Positions 54,638 to 64,000 of a stretch of 64,000 nt of DNA are shown in pieces. The translations under genes were made by a program, and so were the position numbers. The stretch lies in assembly GCF_009914755.1 (NCBI RefSeq), contig NC_060931.1; one strand, given 5' to 3'. This DNA comes from the human T2T-CHM13v2.0 reference genome, Homo sapiens. The stretch's first letter is position 1; the number at the start of each line of letters is the position of its first letter. Below the pieces are notes generated by a model that was not told the DNA's origin, searched no databases, and was given only the letters and a program-made list of their open reading frames with translations.

Positions 54638-55314
54638 CATATGCATATACACACATTAATAACTTTTTTCCTAATCCCTTGGGAGCATGCTCTTTCTCCT
54701 TTGGAAGATGGTTGTTGTCTTCAAATGCAAGAACAGAATAGAGTGGAGTAAGAGACAATTAATTTGTTTACATCCTGGTAGTTTTCTTCGCCAATAGATA
54801 AACAATGGCAGGAATATAAGAGAGTCTAACATTTACATTTAGTCATTAACTTCTAATTCTTATGTACAATATATTAGCCAATATTCATTTGTTAGAAACA
54901 TCATTGTTAATTGACAAATAAAAGCACGTGAAGCTAGTTTGTGTTAGACAGTTTATGATAAGTTGTTCTTTTCAAAATATAGAAATTGTAACTTGACATT
55001 AGAAAACATATTAGAAATAAAGTTTACCCTTTTCACTTTGAATGCGGAGTTTGACTTTTTTCCATCAATGATTTTTATATCTGAGGAAATGAGTAAACTC
55101 AGAATTACTCTGATTTCAAGCAAGATGAATCCTGATAAAGGATAGAAAGATCAAATATTCTTGGAGTTTAATTTGTATATAATAGCAACCTCAGTGAATG
55201 TAGTCAGTTTATTAAATATGCTGATGGTGACAAAGGAAAATATACTCTAAATTTTATACTTTAGTCCCTATCATATATTTATTTCCATATTTTGTTCTTC
55301 TAGAAAGCTATAAT

Positions 55315-55570
55315 AAGGACAATAACAACTATCATTGTGTGAGTATTTTCTCTATGGTAGGTATTGTTCTAAGAGCTTTATATGTAACTGCTCTTTTAAT
55401 CCTTGTAACCAATGCTATATAGAAGGTATTTATAATTATCATTTTACTGATGAAGAAACAGGTGTCAAGAAGTTAAGTGTCTTATCTATATTTAAAAAGG
55501 AAATGAGCAGGAGAGTTGGAATGTAAACCAGGCAAAGTAGTTCTGGACTCTAAACTCATTAGAATAGTTT
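55315..55570 (-). mobile_element. MIR
   Basis: TATCATTTTACTGATGAAGAAACAGGTGTCAAGAAGTTAAGTG. Confidence 0.7.
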
Positions 55571-55589
55571 CTGTGCTTTGGTGACTAAG

Positions 55590-55800
55590 AACTAGACCTT
55601 TGTTTGAACAGGGCTTTATTTTAACCAGCTATAATACATTGAGCAAATTATGTCACAATTTCCTCTCTAAAATGGGGATGATGATTCCCACCTCAGAGGG
55701 TACACTAGGAATTAAATTACATTTTGGGTATAAACAAAGTAGAATAGTGCTTGGTACATAATAAGCAGTCAATAAATGGTGGTTATTATTATTTATTAAT
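55590..55800 (+). mobile_element. MIR
   Basis: TTGAGCAAATTA..CAATTTCCTCTCTAAAATGGGGATGATGAT...AGTGCTTGGTACATAATAAGCAGTCAATAAATG. Confidence 0.75.
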
Positions 55801-56329
55801 GTAGTTGTTTCCTTTGCTAATATGATAAATTTTCTTCTGTGAAAATGACAGCAAATGATGGCTTTCAGAAGCTTTACTGTGAACAACATGCACGAATATT
55901 AGGCTTTTGATTTGAAAAAAAAGTATTGTTTTGGTCTCAGCACTGAAAAGGTTCATAACTGCTGACAGAGACTAGAACTACAATCTGCAACCAATTTAAG
56001 AAAAATGAAGTTCCCTGATATGCAAAGAGCAGGAGAGTGGCTATACTACAGAATTTTCTGAAGTTGCCCATTAAGCTGTAAATATGTACCTTGAGCCTGT
56101 CATTCCTCTGGGACTGCATGAATACTTTGTATTCCATGACCTTATATATAATGTTTCACACGCCACACTGTAAAAATCCCCAGTGTGCTATCTCCAACTA
56201 GTGACTTTTTCCTAGTACCAAGCAGAGCACCTAGGGATTTGACAAATATTTGGCACCTGCACGTATTACATAACATTGAGAATAAATCTGTAAGTTTTAG
56301 AGACAGACGCCGTCAGGTGGGGAGATGAA

Positions 56330-56510
56330 CTCTGCCACTCTTTAGCTATGTAACCTTTACCAGTTTTATAGTCTAAGGCTCTGTTACTTTCTCTATAAAA
56401 CAATAACACAAATATCGTCTCTGAAGGATTGCTGTAAGAATTAACCAAAGTGATACATGTAAAATTGTTATTACTGTACCATTTGCACAGAGTGAAGGCT
56501 TCATGTTTAT
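56330..56510 (+). mobile_element. MIR
   Basis: CTCTGCCACTCTTTAGCTATGTAACCTT...GATACATGTAAAA. Confidence 0.6.
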
Positions 56511-58819
56511 TCTTTTCTTACTCTCCAATTGTAATTAACATGTACCAGTAGAAAAAGCATCTCTATTTTATTATACTGCATTGTAAGATGCTACTCTGTA
56601 AAAAGTTGGATTCAAAATATTCAGCTCACTGAAAACCCTTTCTTGAATGCTACTTGTCAAAATAAAGAGGACCCAATGTAACATATTTATATAAAGTGTT
56701 AGTGTTTAATAAACTGATAAGATTGGCAGTACACAAAATCAAAGTCTAAGTTCCTATGTATGTACAGCATGTGAGGCCTTCGCCTATGCTATTGCATTTA
56801 AAACATGTAATGTGTAAAAGTTACATAAGTAACATTCCTTTTAGAAATTTTCCCGAATATTGCTAAGATGTCCCTGACAAAGAAGAATGAGGTCTCTGTC
56901 TACAGAGAATTTTAAGTAAAGAACCCTAGGGATTTTGCCAATTGCCTTGTATTTGCATGCAACTAAGAACATTACCAATAGCATTTTCTTTTGAAATACT
57001 AATTCTAGCACTATAATAACAAATGGTGTATTAGATGAGTTATTTCTACAATATTTAGAACACTGACTGGTATACTATAAGCTTTAATATTTATCATTAT
57101 TATTGCTGCCAAAAGCAATGGTTCTAGTTAAAAAGCATACATGGCCAACGTTGTTTACTCACAGATTAAAGTTTTTCGTGTGATCAAAAAGACCACAAAA
57201 AACCCTAAATAAAGGTAGATTTTTTTTCCTTACAGGAAACAAATGGTAAAAGGAATATAAAACCATCTAATCATTTTATAGAACAGCTACTGGCTCTGCC
57301 AAGAGCTCATTTAAATGATCCCATTTGCTTCTGAATATGTTATATGTATTTGGCATTTAGCTTTCCTCTACTTCAAAAAATTTAGACTTTTCACAGAGAT
57401 AATGAAATCACTTTCAATTAATACCCAGAATTGTTACAAAGTGGCCAGTTTGTCCTTGATTGATTGCTTTTGTATTTTGTCAGTATTCTTTCTTCACTGA
57501 AAATTTTGAATTTGGTTATAAAAAATAAAGACATTTACCTTTTAAGATGCTTCAGGGACAAAGAATGACAAATGAATGAGACATATATTGAAGCTGTTTT
57601 GTGCTCATTTTTAGAATGTCTTATATTTCAGTGCCTTCACATTTGCAAATCTTAATTCAAGATATTTTTACATTTTTCCCTGTGCTCAGTATTTGAGAGT
57701 CTCAATACTGCCATCTGCATAGGCTATCTGGACACTGGAAATCTTTGAATTTTTAATTGTAGGGATTTTAACTCTAAAAATATTTGGCCACTAAATGTAT
57801 ATTTTTAATTTCTCTGCTTTCCTATAGAAAACTGAGATTAATTGTGAGCTGGGGCTAATAAATAATACACACGATTTTTTTTTGTTCTTATCCTCACAAT
57901 ATTCATATGGGGTTGAAAAAAGGGAGCAATTAATAGTGTTTGTATTACCAAAATGTCTCCCTTAATCTGCTTCTGAATTCTCCTCTCCTTGGGCTTCCCA
58001 ATGCTAATGGCAGAAAGGAGAATTCAGTGGCACTCCCCTGAAGCCAAAGCTAAACCAACATATTTACAGCACTCTTTTGGAAACTACATTTGTGTCCTTT
58101 TCTATCCCATTCCTTACAGGATGGCGATGTGGTGGGCAGGGGAAGCAGGGAGGTGGGTGCATGTTTTTCAGCAATCACTGCCTCAGTTGATCAGAACATG
58201 TCTCATCTGACACACAATGTCTTAACTACCTCACGGACAGCCTTAGTCAAAACATGTAAGACGACATTATACATGAGGAAGAAATGCTGGTAACAGGTCA
58301 AAAAAAATGACAATATTTCATTTAAAACTTATTTGAGATCAGCTCTTTATTTATCATTACATAAGTCTTTAATGACCCCAATACATACATACACTGACCT
58401 CTCCTGTCCTCCTCACTCTCACACACACAGGAACAGAAAGCCAGCATCCTCCATGCACTCCCATGAAAGATGGACCCTTTAAAGAACCTCTTGGTTGGAA
58501 GTCAGAGAAGCGGCAAAGATATGAACTGGAGGAATAACAGAAGAGCAGATCCTAGAGCTAATGCTCGGGGGCTAAATAAGTCCTGGTGGCCCCCAAACCA
58601 CTTCTACCGTGCTGCCTGGAACAGTCACCTCACTCTATTAAACTCTTTGAAACATTATCAAGTTGAAACTTGTGTGTCTTAACAAGCACACTGTCATTAA
58701 AATACTGAAAAACCTGGTCACAGTGAGGAAATCATAGGCATTCACGCCCACCGTGGTACAAATTATTTCATTATAGACACTGCTTTCCTTCTAAGAGTCA
58801 CCTGAGAAAAAAGACTCAC

Positions 58820-58938
58820 CTGAAGAGATCTGAATTTTGACTGGGTGTAAGGGAATAAAAACTTAAGGTCATCCTGGAGCTTAAAATTCACCACCAGTAA
58901 ACGGGGAGGTCTGAGGAGTGGTGTGTAGTATGAAAAAC
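58820..58938 (-). other. Candidate spliced exon of an unidentified transcript
   Basis: Strong acceptor gtattgctcttcctctcAG and consensus donor CAG|GTGAGT; 119 nt, one open frame; no recognisable protein. Confidence 0.35.
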
Positions 58939-60669
58939 CTGAGAGGAAGAGCAATACCACGTGCACCTGATGGTAGAAGGGTTTTCTCTTAGCCTAGAAG
59001 GTGCATGTGGAATTTTCCCCCTCATTCTACTTACCTGTCTAAGCATTAAAAATATGAAGAGTCACAAAATATGTCTAAATTATGAAATGACTGCCTTTCA
59101 TGAAGCATAGTTTTCTGTGACTTCTTATAAAGCAGCACATTTAACTATTCTTATTTTTAAATTAGAAAATTATTTCCATGCATTACCTTTTATAAGAAAT
59201 GTGGATTGTTATTCCGTGTTCTACAACCACATCCAGGAAGAGCTGCCATTTAGGAAGAAACTGTCATCTGCCCAGCCCTGTGCTATGTTATTTCACTTAA
59301 TCCTCTCAGAAACCTATGAGACAGGTGCACAGCAGGAAACCAGAGACAGGGTGCGGTTTATGGTAGGTAATGCACAGCTGTATATTTTGTGTAGCCACTG
59401 CTGTCATTTTATATCAAAGGCAACTTGAGGTGGGAACTAAATGACTTACTATCATCTTTACTGTTTTTTGAGTGAAGCTGATCACATGGAAGGAGCTGAA
59501 GGTGGTACCAAAAGTCAATTATTAGGCAGGTAAAATCATACTGGGGAAGGCTTAAATACAAGGTTCATCAGATTATTTTGCTTTCACTTTTATTGTTCTT
59601 CTTCAGAAGTTTCAATGTGTCATTGAAAAGTTTAATGCACAATGTTTTATAAATAGGTATGTTATGAAAACTTAATTTTATAGTTTTAGAATGGATTAGA
59701 GTAGGCAAGAGAAGGGTAAGATTGTAGGCATGAAATGGCAAAGGTCTGGATTGGGGTATTAGTAGTGGACACAGGAAAGATGGATTGATAGGGTTACTTT
59801 AAAAGAAAAAACATTAATAGTTCCACAGCAAGCACATTTTCTCCAGTGTTCAAAATTAAAGATAATTTTTATGCTACAGTTTATAAATGAGAATAAGGAC
59901 AACTATTATATATAAAACAGCTCACCCACTCATTGAAGGGTATAATACCATCTTGTGAATAATTAAAAGCTACCAAGTGTTCGATGGGAAAATATGCAGT
60001 TATGTTTAAAAAATAATTTACTTGGGGACATGCATACCACATAAATAAATTAATTAATATCCAGAGGAAACCAGTCCTTCTATGACCTCATATTAAACAG
60101 AAAGGTTCATAATAGCATGTAAACTATGTCTTAAAAAATAAATGGAAGTTCAATCAACTCTTTAGTTATCTAAAAGATATTTTGGTAGCCAAAGTGTCAA
60201 TATTACTTGAAATACAGAGTATAACAAGAAATATGAAAGCAATAATATATTTGGAAGTTCAGAATTGTTTTCAAATGAAGCAATATTATATTATTTATAC
60301 ACTTTGAAGAAATGAAAATAGAGAATTATTGAATCATCTAGTTGGATGGACCTAGGACCAAGGAAAACAGACTATATTACAGGAGATGGTATTAGAACAC
60401 CTAGTTTAACCTTTAATTGAAATTTAATAATTTGTTTTAAATCACGACTGACTGTTATAGAGATTCTGCATAATAAAAACCAGTCTCCTCCACTAGACAA
60501 CTCTAACGATTAAGTCCATTTTATCTTTTATCGAAAACTATCTCCCTTAACATCTATTTAATGGCCCATTCTGGTCTTGGTAAAAACATAAAATAATATT
60601 ACTCCTCCTAACAGATGGCAGCCCTTTAAATATTCCAAATGTACCTTTACTAAAGATTTTATTTGCTAG

Positions 60670-61106
<437 letters not shown>

Positions 61107-61467
61107 ATATCTCATTTATTTTCATTAAAAACAGACGAAGGCAACTTGAGATGACAGTTCTCACTTATGTTGTTTTTAAATGGATTTTTAAAAGTATTGG
61201 TAGAAGTCCATTACCAATCTTTAGAATTTATTTGAATGCTTGATTTTTTCTTTGAAATTGCATTCGTCAAGCCTAATTTTTAATTTAGCAGTTAACACTT
61301 CATTATGCATGTCTAGAGAAAAGTGTGGGGAAACTAGCTGCAGTGAGGAAACAGTCACTGACCACCAGAAATACTCTAGAGACATTTTGTTTGTTGTTGC
61401 ATTTAATCTTCCTAAAATTCCTATGAGGAAGATACTACCATCTCCATTTTTCAGACAAGAAATCTGA

Positions 61468-61602
61468 GGCCAGGTGCAGTGGTTCACGCCTATAATCCCA
61501 ACAATTTGGGAGGCCAAAGTGAGAGAATCGCCTGAGCCCAGGAGTTTGCAAGCAGCCTGAGCAACATAGTGAGACCCTGTCTCTACTAAAAATAAAAATA
61601 AA
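61468..61602 (+). mobile_element. FLAM_C-like Alu monomer inserted in an antisense MIR (~61400-61720)
   Basis: GGCCAGGTGCAGTGGTTCACGCCTATAATCCC plus A-tail; the MIR resumes as GAGCTCACAGAGTTTAAG. Confidence 0.85.
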
Positions 61603-62364
61603 TTTGAGCTCACAGAGTTTAAGCAATTTATCATAGATTATCATAGTAAAAAAACAGATTATCGTAACAAAAAGAAGTAGCTCTGGTACACAGTCTGCTG
61701 ACCCTAAAACCTCTATTCTTCTCATTACAGCAAATACAGATGACAATGGCACCTCCTTCACAGGGCTGTTGGTATAATTAAGTGAGTTATTATTGGGCAT
61801 CAGTGCCAGTGCTTGGCCATCTTAAGAAGGCATCAGCTTAGTTCCACATAGTTAAGTCTCTTCTTCCCAGTGAAATCTATTTAGCCTAAACCATGATCAT
61901 TGGGAGTGGGCTATTTAATTCTTCTGAAGTGTTAACTGTAAGCATTTTTCTCCAATTGCACAGTATTCTTGGCTAATAACATTGGAAGTCTTGATTATGC
62001 TCCACTTTCTTGTTTTCAAACAGGAAACTACTGGGAATAGGTACTATCATAGGATCCTGGACTAATAATAGAATCCTAAACTGTTCTTGTTGACTCTCCC
62101 TCATATCTACCCCAAGGTCTCCTCCAACCCGTTTAGGTTCCACTCTGATACCTCAGATGAAATGAAAGTATGCCATATGCCATCACTGCTTAAAACCCTC
62201 CCTATTGCCTGGAGAATACAATCTGGGTTTCTTAGCATGAAATAAGTATTGAGCAATCTGGTCTTGGCCCGTCTTTTTGCTTCCTCCTTTCTTTTACCTT
62301 GTGCTATAGTAATGCTAAACAGTGAGTACTTTATGCTGTTTCACACTTCTGCCAACTTTGTCGA

Positions 62365-62920
62365 AATATCACACAATCCCAATCCTAGATATTTACCCAA
62401 GAGAAATAAAAACATCTGTCCATACAAAAGCCTGTACATAAATGCTTATAGCCACTTTATTAATAATCTAAGAAACTGGAAACAACCCAAATGTTCATCA
62501 ATTGGGGAATGAATTAAGACTCAGGGTTACATCCATCAATGGAATACCACTCAGCAGTAAAAAGGAACAAACTACTGATATATGCAACAACATGGGTGAC
62601 TCTCATATGCTTTACGCTAAGTGAATGAAGACAGACTCAAAAGACTACATATTGTACATCCCATTTATGTGATAACTTGGAAAAGGCGAAATTGTGGGAA
62701 CAGAAAATCTGTCAGTGGTCACCAGGAACTGAGGTAGGGGTAGGGCATTGACTACAAACGGACATAAGGCAGCTTTAGGGGGTGATGGAAATGTTCTTTG
62801 ATTGTGGTGATAGTTACATGACTATATGCATTTGTCTAAATTCAAAGAACTGAACACCACAAAACAAATGGATTTTACTGCATGTAAATTATATCTTAAT
62901 AAACTTTACATTTAAAAGTC
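62365..62920 (+). mobile_element. L1MB/MC 3' end inserted into L2 fragments (~62130-63240)
   Basis: CCTAGATATTTACCCAAGAGAAATAAAAAC...AACTGGAAACAACCCAAATG...GGGGTGATGGAAATGTTC...ATGTAAATTATATCTTAATAAA. Confidence 0.85.
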
Positions 62921-64000
62921 ACATATCTTATTTCACTTTTGTCCATCTATTCATGCACTTTTTAAACAATCTCCTTCATTTTGGGGCAACTCCTGCTTAC
63001 CTTTAAGACCTCAACCTTAAGTATCAATCTCCTCCAAGTAATTATGCCTCAATTCCATGCTAGGCTGTGGGCTTCTCCTCTGAGCTTTTCCACCACCTGT
63101 GCATACATTTGTCTCTTATGATACATAAAATATAGAACCCGTGCCTGACACTGCACCACAAACTCCTTAAGAGAAAATAAAAGTTTTATTTATTTTTACA
63201 TCCGAAAACACTCAATGTAAGAACCCCACAAATGCTTGTTGTACACCTTAAAGTTATGTTTGGAACTTTGCTATCTTCTAAAATAGAGGTGGAAATTATA
63301 GAATGTACTTGATTTAAACTCAAGTCCATTTGACTATTGTATGAAGTCTGTTTTCATATTAGAAATAGTGCAACGAAGTTACTGTCACACAGTCTAATTA
63401 TAATACAATCTTTTAAAAGATTTACAAGCAAAATTATTGCATGGTTCTATATTTGACATATGTTTTGCTGGCAAAATGTTTGTGAGAGATATGCTAAATA
63501 TAGTAACATAAAACATCCTAAAGTTTGTAAAATATATCACAGCAGTTAATGTTGTAATAGTTCTTTTGCCTTTTTAATATTTTGAGCAAATTTTTAAAAT
63601 CTCAACTTATGCAAATGTGTGCATATAAAATTATAAAACTCTCTGGATTAAGGCAACTGAGAATTCTCATTGGTCAATGAGACATTTAGAGGATGAGGAT
63701 AATCCATGCAAATTAAACTGCTCAACTGAGCCTGTTTTGTAATATTCTAAACTGCTGACCCTATCTTCTTTCCAGAGACAGGAAAACACATTTTATGGCC
63801 TGATTATGATGCAGAGCTGTTGGGAAAATAGTTATTATGAGATAATTATATCCCAACAGAATGTGAGGTGCTTGGCTGCCCTTTGTATAGAATGTCACCT
63901 GAGGTGTAAGAGTTGTATACCACTTTTATTCTAGCAGGGAGGTTATTCTGATTCATAGCCTGTTCTGTTTTTCAGGCATTAGGCCACTGAAATGATGTTT

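Noticed and set aside
55029-56140. Minus-strand exon chain 56090-56140 and 55029-55134
   Set aside because: Poor acceptor (ttatatataag) and weak donors; all three phase combinations with the 58.8-kb candidate reach a stop quickly

Overview
AT-rich primate genomic DNA, most likely human or another catarrhine (AluY/S/J, THE1, MER9, MER4-group and LTR1-group ERV LTRs, L1MA/L1PA, MIR, L2, Tigger3). Roughly half or more is interspersed repeat. I cannot support a protein-coding gene, RNA gene, CRISPR array or prokaryote-type system. Nearly all ORFs in the track are read-throughs of Alu, L1, LTR or microsatellite sequence. Best-defined elements: the 3' end of a MER4-group provirus (1-2900), a solo MER9 LTR with a perfect 6-bp TSD, a complete THE1 provirus nested in an L1MA that itself splits an older L1, a near full-length L1MA lacking its endonuclease region, and two adjacent ERV1 LTRs. 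The most unusual unexplained structure is a recurring repair-scar pattern. At four (TA)n/(TG)n tracts (~24.2, 51.2, 52.4 and 53.8 kb) the sequence contains copies templated from 0.5-2.3 kb away and/or fold-back inversions. Also of note: a non-repetitive 400-bp cluster of AP-1/RUNX/TWIST-type E-box/SOX motifs at ~33 kb, and two low-confidence minus-strand exon candidates. Repeat subfamily names are recognised from memory and need RepeatMasker/Dfam confirmation; boundaries of old repeats are approximate.
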